Positions 18,936 through 28,632 of a stretch of 62,960 nt of DNA are shown here, in pieces. Source of the DNA: a bacterium (GTDB lineage Bacteria; Myxococcota_A; UBA9160; UBA6930); assembly GCA_024226235.1 (NCBI GenBank), contig JAAELW010000228.1:1-62960 (forward strand), given 5' to 3'. Both the position numbers and the translations under genes were made by a program. Position 1 is the stretch's first letter. The number at the start of each line of letters is the position of its first letter. The notes under the pieces are model-generated. The model had not been told where the DNA came from. It did not search any database and saw nothing but the letters and a program-made list of their open reading frames with translations.

Positions 18936-20257
18936 AGCTCACCGGCCTCTCCTTCGACGACATCCCGCCGCTCCACGTCCCCCTCCGTTTCCACATCACG
19001 GCACCGGTCTTCGGACTCCTCGCTGCGTTGTTCCTTCTATGGGAGGGCCCCGAAGCCTGGATGTCCCGTTGGACGACGGGGAGCCTCGGCGCCACACATC
19101 TGTTGACGCTCGGCTTCATGGCGATGGTGATGATCGGATCGCTCTTCCAACTCGTGCCGGTACTCACGGGTCGATCCATCCCTGCGACGAAGTGGGTCGC
19201 ACCCTGGGTACATCTGGGGTTGACCTGTGGCGTCATCGCGTTGACCGTGGCACTGGTTCGGGTCGATCCCGGGATGTTCATCACGGCGATCGCGTTGCTC
19301 GGGGCCGCCTTCGCGGCATTCGTTCCGGCGCTGGTATGGAGGCTCGCCCGCATCCGTGGCGGTGGAGATTCCATCTTCGCGATCCGGCTGGCAGCTGCTT
19401 CCCTGCTGGTGACGATCGGCATGGGCGTCTTCCTGGCCGTGGGACGCGCTTGGCCGGAACTCGAGATTCCATTCCGTAGCTGGACGGATACCCACGTTCT
19501 GTGGGCGCTCTTCGGCTGGGTCCCCCTCCTCGTGATGGGTGTGAGCTACCAGGTCATGCCGATGTTCCACGTCGCGCCGGCCTTCGATTCCCGACTGGCG
19601 CGAGGCATCCCGCTCACGGTCTTCCTTTCACTCGTGCTTCTGGCCCACGCCAGGAGCGACCACCTCGTCACACCCTTTGTCACATGTCTTTGCGCGGCCC
19701 TGCTCGCGTACGCCGCAACCGCATTGCGGGTGCTCGAGAATCGTCGCCGCAAGAGGGCCGATCCGATGATCAGCTTCTGGAGGATCGCGTTGGCCAGCCT
19801 CACGCTGGCGACCGTGACACTCTGGCTTTCGATGGCGACACCGGTCCGAATCACATTGTTGCCCGAGAGCGGCGCGCCTCTGCTGACGGGCGCACTGATG
19901 ATCTTCGGCTTCGCGTGCTCGATGATGATCGGAATGCTGCAGAAAATCGTGCCCTTCTTGATCTTCTTGCATCTCCAACGCCAGGCACTCGGAAAACCAG
20001 CCGCGATGATGCAGATCCCGGCCACGAACGAATTGATCTCCGATCGGGCTGCGCTCTGGCAGCTTCGGCTCCACCTCTGCGCCTGTGTCGGAATCCTGGT
20101 CGCATTGGCCTGGCCGACGATCGGCCGACTGGCCGCGCTCCTGCTCGCTCTCGATTTCGGCTGGCTGCTACGCAGCCTGATTCTCGCTGCGGGAGAGTAC
20201 CGGCGGCGGGCCAGCGCAATCGAGGCAGAGCCCGACCCGATGGCCTCCGGCACCTAG
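18932..20257 (+). CDS. Polytopic membrane protein with His-containing helices (NnrS/heme-copper-oxidase-like, uncharacterised)
   Basis: TTG overlaps the upstream TGA; about 12 hydrophobic segments; PPLHVPLRF, THLLTLGF, GSLFQLVPV, THVLWALFGW and KIVPFL. Confidence 0.7.
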   Translation: MKLTGLSFDDIPPLHVPLRFHITAPVFGLLAALFLLWEGPEAWMSRWTTGSLGATHLLTLGFMAMVMIGSLFQLVPVLTGRSIPATKWVAPWVHLGLTCGVIALTVALVRVDPGMFITAIALLGAAFAAFVPALVWRLARIRGGGDSIFAIRLAAASLLVTIGMGVFLAVGRAWPELEIPFRSWTDTHVLWALFGWVPLLVMGVSYQVMPMFHVAPAFDSRLARGIPLTVFLSLVLLAHARSDHLVTPFVTCLCAALLAYAATALRVLENRRRKRADPMISFWRIALASLTLATVTLWLSMATPVRITLLPESGAPLLTGALMIFGFACSMMIGMLQKIVPFLIFLHLQRQALGKPAAMMQIPATNELISDRAALWQLRLHLCACVGILVALAWPTIGRLAALLLALDFGWLLRSLILAAGEYRRRASAIEAEPDPMASGT

Positions 20258-20319
20258 CAATAACGCGCCCCTCGAAGAAGGTCTGTTCCGGCCGCCGCGC
20301 GAGACCCATGTCGACGGCG

Positions 20320-21465
20320 TCAGGCTCCCCGATCCTGGAGCCATCCCGCCACCAGGTCCGCCACCACCTCTCGTGCATTCCCAGGCCTCTGCAGGTAGTG
20401 GTCTCCGGGGATGAACTCGAGGGTCTTGTCCTCGGCCGCCAGATTGTCGTGAAGAGTGTGAGCGTCCACCGGAAAGACCCCCGTATCCGCCATGCTCTGG
20501 ACGACCAACGAAGGCACCCGAATCCGCTCGAGATGCGGCACCGCCCGACATTGGGAATGCGAGAGGCTCCACATCGAGAGCCAGGTACGGATGGTGTTCG
20601 AATTGCCGATGCCGAACGGGCTGTAGTTGAAGACTTTCGGTGGCCCCAGGTAGCAGACCCCGACCTCCCGATCGTTCGGATCGAGGGATCCATCGAGCAA
20701 TCGCGGGTCTGCCCAGGCCCGGTGCAGGTTGAAGATCCGATCCAGGCAGCCCTCGGCACGGACCCGCTCCAGCTCTTCCAGGGCCCAGGCCGTGATGCGC
20801 TCGTTCCGCGCGACCTGGGCGGCCCGGTAGCGCTGGATGAAGGCCTCCGAATAGGGCGGACCGTTCTCCGGGTTGTACATGTCCAGCGCGGGATCCACCG
20901 AGGCCGGATCCGTCTCGTCGGTGACGGACGGATCGAACCAATCCGTCAGCACCTCGGGGCGGCCAGGGTGGGCATTCGTCGAGACGTAGAGATCACACGG
21001 CGAGAGATCCTGCACCGCGTCCGATACCGGTGCACCCAGCAGGGGCCTCAGGTTCGGATCTGCCGCCTGGGATTGATAGGCGGCCATCAGCGACCCGCCG
21101 CCGGAGTTCCCCAGCAACACCACCGTCTCGGCTCCCGCCTCCTCGCGGAGCCAGCGCACTCCGACGCCGATATCCACCAGCGCATTGTCCAGCGTGAAAG
21201 CGTATTCCAGGCCGCGAAATCGGGTATTCCAGCCGAGGAAGCCGTAGCCCCGAGCAGCCATCAGCTCGCCCATGTAGTGCTCGGAGAAGTCCACATTGTA
21301 ATGCGTGGCAATGATGGCGGTCCTGGGCCGACTCCCTTGCGCGTGGTGATAGACCCCTTGGGTGGGCATGTAGCCGGCGCCATTCCGACCCGCCGTAGGG
21401 GACGGAAGGGAAACGAATTGTCTTTCGATCGAATCCAACGGGGACTCCCGTGTCTGGCAACTCAT
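20320..21465 (-). CDS. Alpha/beta hydrolase
   Basis: LLGNSGGGSL nucleophile, ADTGV and GDHY. Confidence 0.8.
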   Translation of the reverse strand: MSCQTRESPLDSIERQFVSLPSPTAGRNGAGYMPTQGVYHHAQGSRPRTAIIATHYNVDFSEHYMGELMAARGYGFLGWNTRFRGLEYAFTLDNALVDIGVGVRWLREEAGAETVVLLGNSGGGSLMAAYQSQAADPNLRPLLGAPVSDAVQDLSPCDLYVSTNAHPGRPEVLTDWFDPSVTDETDPASVDPALDMYNPENGPPYSEAFIQRYRAAQVARNERITAWALEELERVRAEGCLDRIFNLHRAWADPRLLDGSLDPNDREVGVCYLGPPKVFNYSPFGIGNSNTIRTWLSMWSLSHSQCRAVPHLERIRVPSLVVQSMADTGVFPVDAHTLHDNLAAEDKTLEFIPGDHYLQRPGNAREVVADLVAGWLQDRGA

Positions 21466-21475
21466 CCGGGGAACT

Positions 21476-22141
21476 TCACTCGCCCAGAGGCTCGGCCTCC
21501 GCAAACATGCTCCGATACAGGACCCGAGCCATGGTCTCGATTGCGACCTCATCCGGCAGGGATACGCGATCCGCTTCCCCCCCTTCGATCAACCAGACGT
21601 AGCAGAAGTAGTCCATCATCGAGCCCAGCGCCGAAGCCGTGGCCTCGGGCTCGGGGTTGTGCGCCAGCCCTGCCTGCTCGAGGGCGCGGATGCCCGCAGC
21701 GATCTTCTTGCGCGCATCGAAGCGGATCTCTCGCCAACGTCGTGCGAAGTGCTCGTCCTGCATCGAAGCCTGGAAGATTGCCGCAAGCTCTGCAGAATGC
21801 GCCCTGCAGCTACTCCAGTGGACCGCACACATGTCCCGAATCACTTCGAAGGGTTCGGGCCGCGTCAAGTCGAGCTCGGTCAGGCGAGTCTCGATTTCTG
21901 TCTTGAAATCCTCGGCCATCTGCTCCAACACCTCTTGCTTGTTCGCGAAGTAGGTGTAGAAGGATCCCAGCGCGCGATCGGCTTCACGCGTGATGTCCGA
22001 GATCTTGGTATTCGCATAGCCCTGGCTCTGGAAGAGCCGACGCGCTGCGGCGAGCAGTGCCGCACGACTGCGAACGCCACGGGCAGTCAGCAGTGTTCCG
22101 TCCGCCGGAAGAGCCGGCGCGCCTCCACGTTCCGACGTCAT
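21476..22141 (-). CDS. TetR/AcrR family transcriptional regulator
   Basis: AARRLFQSQGYANTKISDITREADRALGSFYTYFANK HTH. Confidence 0.92.
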   Translation of the reverse strand: MTSERGGAPALPADGTLLTARGVRSRAALLAAARRLFQSQGYANTKISDITREADRALGSFYTYFANKQEVLEQMAEDFKTEIETRLTELDLTRPEPFEVIRDMCAVHWSSCRAHSAELAAIFQASMQDEHFARRWREIRFDARKKIAAGIRALEQAGLAHNPEPEATASALGSMMDYFCYVWLIEGGEADRVSLPDEVAIETMARVLYRSMFAEAEPLGE

Positions 22142-22166
22142 TGGATTCCCGAAACTCCCCGGCGGC

Positions 22167-22718
22167 CTAGACGAGCTTCCCGATGGAGTCCTCTTTACGC
22201 GTCTCTTCCGGAATCTCGCTGGCCGGCAGCCGAAGCAAGCGAAGGGCTTCTTCCTCGGATTGCTCGAAACCCTTCGGGTCCGTCGTGACGCAGTACTCCA
22301 CCATGATGCCGTTGGGATCCATCAGATAGATCGAGGTACACCAGCCGTGGTCGACCTGCATGATCTGCTCGATGCCACGCTCGTGCAGCTGTTTCGTCTT
22401 CACCTCGAGTTCTTCGATCGTGTCCAGGCGGAAGGCGATGTGGTTCACCCAGGGCGGGAGCCCGAGCCCCGTCGAGATGTCGGTCTTGAAGTCCGGCTCC
22501 TCTCCGACCCCTTCGACCTGGAAGAAGGCAAGGGCTTCACCGCCACCCATTCCGAAGAAGAAGTGCCGGAAGTGGCCATCGCCCTGCCGGTGGTTCTCGG
22601 TGCGAAGCAGCGGCATGCCGAGCTTCTGCGTGTAGAACTCATAGGTCGCTTCCGGGTCGCGCGTCGCATACGCCACATGGTGGGCACCCTTGGATTGGAG
22701 GTCGCTCGGACTCGACAT
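22167..22718 (-). CDS. VOC/glyoxalase family protein
   Basis: HHVAY, FYTQKLG, NHIAF and SIYLMDPNGIMVE; GGAGA RBS. Confidence 0.88.
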   Translation of the reverse strand: MSSPSDLQSKGAHHVAYATRDPEATYEFYTQKLGMPLLRTENHRQGDGHFRHFFFGMGGGEALAFFQVEGVGEEPDFKTDISTGLGLPPWVNHIAFRLDTIEELEVKTKQLHERGIEQIMQVDHGWCTSIYLMDPNGIMVEYCVTTDPKGFEQSEEEALRLLRLPASEIPEETRKEDSIGKLV

Positions 22719-22780
22719 GGACTTCTCTCCGATATTGAGGCTCGCCGCAGGCTCGAGCGGCCCCTGGACCCTACTCGGAG

Positions 22781-22834
22781 TTGAATCTGATTTCAATAAG
22801 AGTTGAAATTATGTTCAATTCAAATCCTGTTCAA
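22781..22834. promoter_or_regulatory. Putative TetR operator array, TTGAA-N6-TTCAA x2 plus one degenerate copy
   Basis: 22781-22796 TTGAATCTGATTTCAA, 22803-22818 TTGAAATTATGTTCAA, 22819-22834 TTCAAATCCTGTTCAA; AT-rich island upstream of the VOC-tetR-hydrolase operon. Confidence 0.7.
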
Positions 22835-23291
22835 TTCTATTGGACCCCGGGGCGGGATCCGTTTCGACCGGGAGTCCCTCCTGCTTCCAGCTCCCCATAT
22901 GGCCTTCCAGGAACAACACCTGGCGATCGCTGGCGAGCCAGAGCAGCGCTCGGGCGATCCGCGCGCGGGGTCCGTGCTCGCAGTAGACCACGACGGGCCT
23001 GCTGAGATCGTCGGATGCCTCGTCGATCTCATCCGCAGCACCGAGCAGGCTGTAGAAGGGAAGGTGAATCGCTCCGGGAACATGCGAAGCCTCGTATTCG
23101 CCTTGCGATCGCACGTCCACGATCTGCGGCGCACCGCCGGCCTGGATCTGCTCCCACAACTCGGTCCGGGCCAGATGGTCTGCGCATCCGATCGACACGA
23201 GAAGACAGGCCGAGAGCACCGCGACGGCCCCTCTGTTGCCCGGCGATCTCACGAGGGGCAGGTCTTCACCGCAAGAGGTCAGGAGCCGCAT
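22815..23291 (-). CDS. Rhodanese-like sulfurtransferase, possibly a lipoprotein
   Basis: IVDVRSQGEYEASHVPGAIH, VYCEHGPRA and LEGHMGSW; hydrophobic segment ending SIGC. Confidence 0.85.
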   Translation of the reverse strand: MRLLTSCGEDLPLVRSPGNRGAVAVLSACLLVSIGCADHLARTELWEQIQAGGAPQIVDVRSQGEYEASHVPGAIHLPFYSLLGAADEIDEASDDLSRPVVVYCEHGPRARIARALLWLASDRQVLFLEGHMGSWKQEGLPVETDPAPGSNRIEQDLN

Positions 23292-23848
23292 CAGTCGCCT
23301 AGAAACGCCCGAACGGCCTGTTCGATGGAAACCTTGGTGATTCCCGCTCGCCGTCCGACAGCGAGCGCTTCATCGACACTCATCTCGTGCCTGGCGGCCA
23401 GATGGGTCGCGAGCCAGCCCCCCACGCGGTTGGAGCTTGCGCAGTGCACGAGGATCTCCTCACTGTGGTGCTGCTTCACGAGGGATTCGATCTCATCGAA
23501 GACCGCTTTGTCGAAAGGCGCACCACGAACCGGAACGCTGTAGTAGGTCATGCCCAGTGCCTCGACCGCGGACTTCTCGTCCCAGGCGTGTTCGGATGGG
23601 TCGCGAAGGTTGATCACCACGGCGACACCCTCGGCCTTCGCCTTCTCCATCCCGGCTTGATCCGGCTGGCCGGCAAACCAGAGGTGGTGCAGATGCATCA
23701 CGTTGGAGACACTGCCCCAGGTCACCGGCCCCTCGACCTCGTCCGGCGATACCGTTGCCTCGGCAAGCGCACCGGCGCACAGCCAGACACTTGCGGTCAC
23801 GATCAATACAGCCCGGAGAACCCGGAGCTTTCGGGGACTCGGCTTCAC
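23291..23848 (-). CDS. Exported DUF442/Blh-type sulfurtransferase (PTP-like fold)
   Basis: Signal peptide, AGQP, VINLR and LVHCASSNRVG (Cx5R); TGATG overlap with the rhodanese gene. Confidence 0.8.
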   Translation of the reverse strand: MKPSPRKLRVLRAVLIVTASVWLCAGALAEATVSPDEVEGPVTWGSVSNVMHLHHLWFAGQPDQAGMEKAKAEGVAVVINLRDPSEHAWDEKSAVEALGMTYYSVPVRGAPFDKAVFDEIESLVKQHHSEEILVHCASSNRVGGWLATHLAARHEMSVDEALAVGRRAGITKVSIEQAVRAFLGD

Positions 23849-23987
23849 AATGGTCTCCTCGTGGTTCGAAGCAACGAGTTTAATCTACGAAATCGGGCCA
23901 GACCCATCGTGACTCCCGATTGGGCTAGCCTGCAGGTCCACCAGCCTCAACCCACCGGCGTCTCCGGCCGGACACAGGAAGAAACCC

Positions 23988-24401
23988 ATGAAGAATGTGA
24001 TCGGCAAGAAGAACATCCTCTTCGGGCTCGTCTATTTTCTCGCCACGCTGGGGGCCGGATTGTTCCTGGCGAACAAGGGACAAGCCGGCGACCCCGCATG
24101 GGCAGAGAGTACGACCAAGCATCTGCTGGCCGTCGCCCATTCGCACGGGAATCTCGAATCCCTTCTCAACATCATCTTCGGCTACCTGATCTGCCGCCTC
24201 GCCGACCCGGGGCTCGGCCTGGCCAAGGTCGGCTCGGTGCTGCTGATCGCCGGCGCGGCGCTCCACTCGGGCACGATCTACCTCGGCGCCGCGGGCCTGG
24301 CGTTCGCCCTGAACTTCACCCCGATCGGGGCCATCTCGATGGTGTTGGGCGTAGCGGTGATGATCCCCATCGTGGCCAAGGGGATCCGCGAGGAAAACTG
24401 A
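23988..24401 (+). CDS. Four-TM membrane protein with AHSHGN motif, function unknown
   Basis: Four hydrophobic segments; His in TM2 (AHSH) and TM3 (LHSG); AGGAAG RBS. Confidence 0.7.
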   Translation: MKNVIGKKNILFGLVYFLATLGAGLFLANKGQAGDPAWAESTTKHLLAVAHSHGNLESLLNIIFGYLICRLADPGLGLAKVGSVLLIAGAALHSGTIYLGAAGLAFALNFTPIGAISMVLGVAVMIPIVAKGIREEN

Positions 24402-24445
24402 ACCGGGGGCGGAAAGGGACGGGATTCGCCGAAATCATCCACGCC

Positions 24446-24946
24446 TCAAGTCCGGGTTTCGCAATGCTCCCGAATCGCCTCGAGGGAGTGCCGTACCACG
24501 GAGGCGGCGGTCGGGCGCCCGATCCATCGCGTGAGAAACCCGCCCAGCAGCCGGACATCACTCCAGAGCAGGAGTTTCGCCGTCAGCTGCGTCCCCGGGG
24601 TTCCATCGGCCTGGGCGCGTTGGTCCAGGCTGTAGGTCTCGTCGAAGCCAAAGGGCCCCAAGCGGATGCGCGAACGGAAGGTCTTGCCCTCGGCGACTTC
24701 CACTGGACAGTCGTGGAGGGTCAGGCGAATCGGCCCCAACTCGTAACGCCAGCGGGTCGTCTGACCGGGTTGCGGGTAGTCGGACGCGATCTCGATGGGG
24801 CCGGCGACCCCGGTATCCCAGACGACGACTTCAGACGGAACCGTCAGTGCACGCCAGACACGGGCAGTGTCGGCTGCAATCGCAACACTCTCGGAGAACT
24901 CGACCACGCTATCCGAAGGGGCTTCCGAATGTTGCACCTGGCCCAT
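24446..24946 (-). CDS. SRPBCC (polyketide cyclase/START) family protein
   Basis: SVAIAADTARVWRALT N-terminus and C-terminal helix SLEAIREHCE. Confidence 0.7.
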   Translation of the reverse strand: MGQVQHSEAPSDSVVEFSESVAIAADTARVWRALTVPSEVVVWDTGVAGPIEIASDYPQPGQTTRWRYELGPIRLTLHDCPVEVAEGKTFRSRIRLGPFGFDETYSLDQRAQADGTPGTQLTAKLLLWSDVRLLGGFLTRWIGRPTAASVVRHSLEAIREHCETRT

Positions 24947-25122
24947 GGAGATTCCTTCCCAAGAAAGCCGATCGCACGGCTGGCAGGTCTTTCGGACGGC
25001 TCCGCCCTGAGCGCAGCGACACAGCATTCCGATCAGAACCAGCATACTGTGAATACCCGCGAGAACACGACTGGCCACCAGATCCGCGGCGCTTACAATG
25101 GGGCGGAGATCAGGAGCCCTGC

Positions 25123-25899
25123 ATGCCCACGAACTCCCCTTACGAAATCTCGGTGACTGAAAGCGGTGCGATCCCCCGCATGTGGGTGCTCGCGATCGGC
25201 GTCTTCTCCTACGTCCTGTTCCTGGGGATCTTCCTCTACCTGATCGGATTCATCGGGGGGTTCATCGTTCCCAAGACCCTCGACTCAGGCGCGCAGGGGC
25301 CCGTGCTCCAGGCGGTGCTGATCAACCTCGGGCTGCTTGGACTGTTCGCGATCCAGCACAGCATCATGGCGAGAACCGGGTTCAAGCAGTGGTTGATCCG
25401 TTTCATTCCGGCACCGCTCGAGCGCAGCCTCTACGTCCTGCTGACCAACCTGATCCTGATTGCGTTGGTCTGGCAGTGGCGCACGTTGCCGGGGATCGTC
25501 TGGGAAACGGAGGGAGCGGCGGCGACCCTGCTGCTGGGCCTGTTCTTCTTGGGCTGGGGCATCGTACTGCTCTCGACCTTCCTGATCGATCACATGGACC
25601 TGTTCGGGATGAAGCAGGCCGTCTTCTTTGCGACGGGACGGCCCTACACGAACCCCGAGTTCAAGGAGATCCTGCTCTACAAGGTCGTCCGGCACCCGCT
25701 GATGCTGGGCTTCCTGGTGACGTTCTGGGCGGCTCCGGTGATGACGATGTCGCGTTTCTTCTTCGCGAGCGTCTGCACCGTCTACATCCTGATCGCGCTG
25801 TACATCGAGGAGCGCACGCTAGTCGAATTGCACGGCGATGATTACCGCGCGTATCAGCAGCGCGTGCGGATGTTGCTACCGATCCCGAGGAGCAGATAG
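25123..25899 (+). CDS. mddA: Methanethiol S-methyltransferase
   Basis: YLIGF..VPKTLD, LFAIQHSIMAR..FK, ERSLYVL, WQWR, STFLIDH.DLFG and LYKVVRHPLMLGF match the MddA family; AGGAG RBS. Confidence 0.85.
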   Translation: MPTNSPYEISVTESGAIPRMWVLAIGVFSYVLFLGIFLYLIGFIGGFIVPKTLDSGAQGPVLQAVLINLGLLGLFAIQHSIMARTGFKQWLIRFIPAPLERSLYVLLTNLILIALVWQWRTLPGIVWETEGAAATLLLGLFFLGWGIVLLSTFLIDHMDLFGMKQAVFFATGRPYTNPEFKEILLYKVVRHPLMLGFLVTFWAAPVMTMSRFFFASVCTVYILIALYIEERTLVELHGDDYRAYQQRVRMLLPIPRSR

Positions 25900-25923
25900 C
25901 GAAGCAGGGATGGGGCCAGTAGC

Positions 25924-27144
25924 TCAGTCGGGAGCCTCTCCCAATAGATCTGAAGGCAGTCCTACCGAGACAGGGATCGGGCGGTAGAGCCCGAGTTCGT
26001 CGACCAGGCGGCCCAGCACCTCTCCCGCATCACCATCGGGCCCGGCGAACAAGTTGCATACGTAGGTGAACGTCACACGTCCCGGGGCTGACAGTTGGGG
26101 ATGGGCCTTGGCCGCATAGCAAGCGGTGTGCGGGTCGTAGCCACCTGGCTGACTCGGATCGAATTCCGGCATCCGGAACAGTGGGCGCCTGGGAGACCAG
26201 GGGCCGGATAGTGATGGCGCAGTCCGCACCCAGACCGTGTCGGACGCAAGACCCTCGGGAAAGTCGCCCTGCAGACTCGGATGGGCGTAGAGCGAGAGCC
26301 AGACACCTTCGCTCGGCAGGTAGTGCACGCTCATCTCCGTGGCGTCGTCCTGCATCAGGATCTTTGCTCCGAGCGGCCGCAAGCCCGCTTGCCAGTGGCC
26401 ATCGGTCGCCAGGGTTTCGAGACCGGACTCGAGATCCGACCTTCCGGACTCGAGATGGGCCAGGGGCAGGCGCACGAGAATTCGCGGGTAGGATCTCGCC
26501 TGGCGATCCAGGAAGGTGAAGAAGTAGACGTGCTCTTCGTGAACGACCATCGCACTCACGGGCAGCGCCAACGACCCGTGGCTCAGCCGGAGACGTTCGA
26601 ACCGCCACTCCGCGGGGTCCTGCTGCGGATTGGAAATACGGGCGAGTTCGACTCCGGTGAAGCCGAACGGCATCGCCAGGGGGCCGCGCGGAGGTGCGGA
26701 CTCGACTTCGAGCAAACCGATGTACAGGTCCTCCCGGTACGTGAAGCCGTCGAAGAGCCACCACCACTTCCCGGTTTCGCCGCGATCCAGGAACGCTGCG
26801 GCTCCGTCTGGTCCGGTGCCCCAGCGATAGTCAATGGACCAATGCCCCTCGGCATCGCAATGGGATACTGCAATCGAATTGCGGACGAACGCTGCACCGC
26901 GGCGACTCCGCTGATCCGGCTCCCCAACGAACGTGTCGCCGAACAGCCAGAGGCTCCGGCCGGGTGCGAGTGGCACGGAGAAAGCAGCATCGCCGCCGAG
27001 CCAGCCTTGCTGGTAGGGAAAGGCCGGATCGCAATGCGTCGTTTCGGGCGGCGGCAGCGGAGAGAGGCAGCCCGACAGGCCCACACAGGCGAGCGCGACG
27101 AGTGCCGGCCAGCCGATTGCGAATCGAACGTAGAGGGTTTTCAC
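25924..27144 (-). CDS. DUF4185/DUF5005-like beta-propeller lipoprotein
   Basis: Lipobox LSGC, WLGGDAAFS, LWLFGDTFVG, GPWS and YAAKAHP; start uncertain. Confidence 0.7.
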   Translation of the reverse strand: MKTLYVRFAIGWPALVALACVGLSGCLSPLPPPETTHCDPAFPYQQGWLGGDAAFSVPLAPGRSLWLFGDTFVGEPDQRSRRGAAFVRNSIAVSHCDAEGHWSIDYRWGTGPDGAAAFLDRGETGKWWWLFDGFTYREDLYIGLLEVESAPPRGPLAMPFGFTGVELARISNPQQDPAEWRFERLRLSHGSLALPVSAMVVHEEHVYFFTFLDRQARSYPRILVRLPLAHLESGRSDLESGLETLATDGHWQAGLRPLGAKILMQDDATEMSVHYLPSEGVWLSLYAHPSLQGDFPEGLASDTVWVRTAPSLSGPWSPRRPLFRMPEFDPSQPGGYDPHTACYAAKAHPQLSAPGRVTFTYVCNLFAGPDGDAGEVLGRLVDELGLYRPIPVSVGLPSDLLGEAPD

Positions 27145-27181
27145 CGGCTCCGAACGTAGCGTGGGCGGGTAGACTGGCAGC

Positions 27182-28540
27182 ATGCGGGTATCCGCCGACA
27201 CCCTGGCGCGTCCGTTCGTCGCGTTCGTGGAGCGCTTCTATCCGGATTCGTTCGTATTCGCGATCCTGCTGACAGGCGCGACCTTCGCACTCACAATCGG
27301 GCTCACCGAGACACCGGGAGGGGAGGCGCTCGAAATCTGGGGGCACGGCCTGAAGGGCTTGCTGCCATTCATCACCCAGATCGCATTGACCTTGCTCTGC
27401 GCCCATTCCCTGGCCCACACGGATCTCGTGCGGGCCGCTCTCGAGGCAATGGCCCGCTGGCCGCGAAGCGAGCCCCAGGCCTATGCATGGGTTGCGGTGG
27501 TCGCGGGCGTGGGCAGCCTGATCGCGTGGTCGCTGGGCCTGGTCGTCGGCGCATTGATCGCGCTGGGAGTGGCCCGAGCCGGGCGAACGCGCGGCCTCCG
27601 GCTCCACTATCCGTTGCTCGTGGCCAGCGCCTACGCCGGATTCGTGGTCTGGCATATGGGTTATTCCAGCTCCGCGGCACTCTTCGTGGCCACTCCAGGG
27701 CACGCGCTCGAGGCGATGACCGGCGTCATCCCCGTCACGGAGACGATCTTCGCCCCGTGGAACCTGACCCTCGCCATCCTCACGATCGCCGCAGTCGCGG
27801 CTGTCTGCGCGAGCCTGACTCCCAGGGATGCGGCGCCGGTCGAGTCGGCACCGGTCGAGTGGATCGACACCAGCCCCACACCCGAGCCGAGCGCGCCCGA
27901 TCGCTCGACCTTCGGTCGCCGGCTCGAGCACTCCCGCTGGATCTCGACGGCGATCGGAGCGCTGCTGCTTGCCTATCTGTTCCGCTGGTTCCGAGCCCGA
28001 GGGCTCGAGCTGACGCTCGACGTGGTCAACTGGTCCTTCCTGGGGCTCGGTCTCGTGCTCGCCCGTTCGCCGATCCACTATGTGTCTCTGGTTCAGGGTG
28101 CCGGGCGGACCCTGGGGCCGATCATCCTCCAGTATCCGTTCTACGCCGGCATCATGGCGCTGATGACCGGAACCGATCTGGTCCACCTGTTCTCCGACGG
28201 CTTCGTCGCACTGGCCTCGCCGGAGACACTCGGATTCTGGGCCTTCCTCTCCGGTGGCGCTCTCAACTTCTTCGTACCCTCTGGAGGTGGCCAATGGGCC
28301 GTCCAGGGGCCGATCTTCCTGGAGGCCGCCCAGAAGCTCGGCGTGGCGGCGCCGGTCGTCGTGATGGGAGTGGCCTACGGCGACCAATGGACCAATCTGA
28401 TCCAACCATTCTGGACACTTCCCCTGCTGGCGATCGCGGGCCTCCGGGCCGGCGCCATCATGGGCTACTGCTTCGTGGTGTTCCTGGTGACGTTCGTGCT
28501 GTTCGGGGGCGGCCTGCTGCTGGTCGGGTCCGGAGGTTGA
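27182..28540 (+). CDS. atoE: Short-chain fatty acid transporter
   Basis: PDSFVFA, HYPLLVASAY, WHMG.SSSA, QYPFYAGIM, NFFVPSGGGQW and GDQWTNLIQPFW. Confidence 0.9.
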   Translation: MRVSADTLARPFVAFVERFYPDSFVFAILLTGATFALTIGLTETPGGEALEIWGHGLKGLLPFITQIALTLLCAHSLAHTDLVRAALEAMARWPRSEPQAYAWVAVVAGVGSLIAWSLGLVVGALIALGVARAGRTRGLRLHYPLLVASAYAGFVVWHMGYSSSAALFVATPGHALEAMTGVIPVTETIFAPWNLTLAILTIAAVAAVCASLTPRDAAPVESAPVEWIDTSPTPEPSAPDRSTFGRRLEHSRWISTAIGALLLAYLFRWFRARGLELTLDVVNWSFLGLGLVLARSPIHYVSLVQGAGRTLGPIILQYPFYAGIMALMTGTDLVHLFSDGFVALASPETLGFWAFLSGGALNFFVPSGGGQWAVQGPIFLEAAQKLGVAAPVVVMGVAYGDQWTNLIQPFWTLPLLAIAGLRAGAIMGYCFVVFLVTFVLFGGGLLLVGSGG

Positions 28541-28632
28541 ATCGCGTCGGGCTGGCTACCATTGCTTCCTGATCGGGCCATCGCATTGCGGTGCCCCCCC
28601 GGCAATACGGCCTGAACTGGAGCACCACCCCT

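Noticed and set aside
19501-21906. 801-aa ORF, and similar long ORFs at 38914-41043, 23387-25156, 32542-34284, 45424-46995 and 26831-28405
   Set aside because: Antisense or alternate-frame shadows of well-supported genes; stop-poor frames are expected at high GC and these show no motifs.
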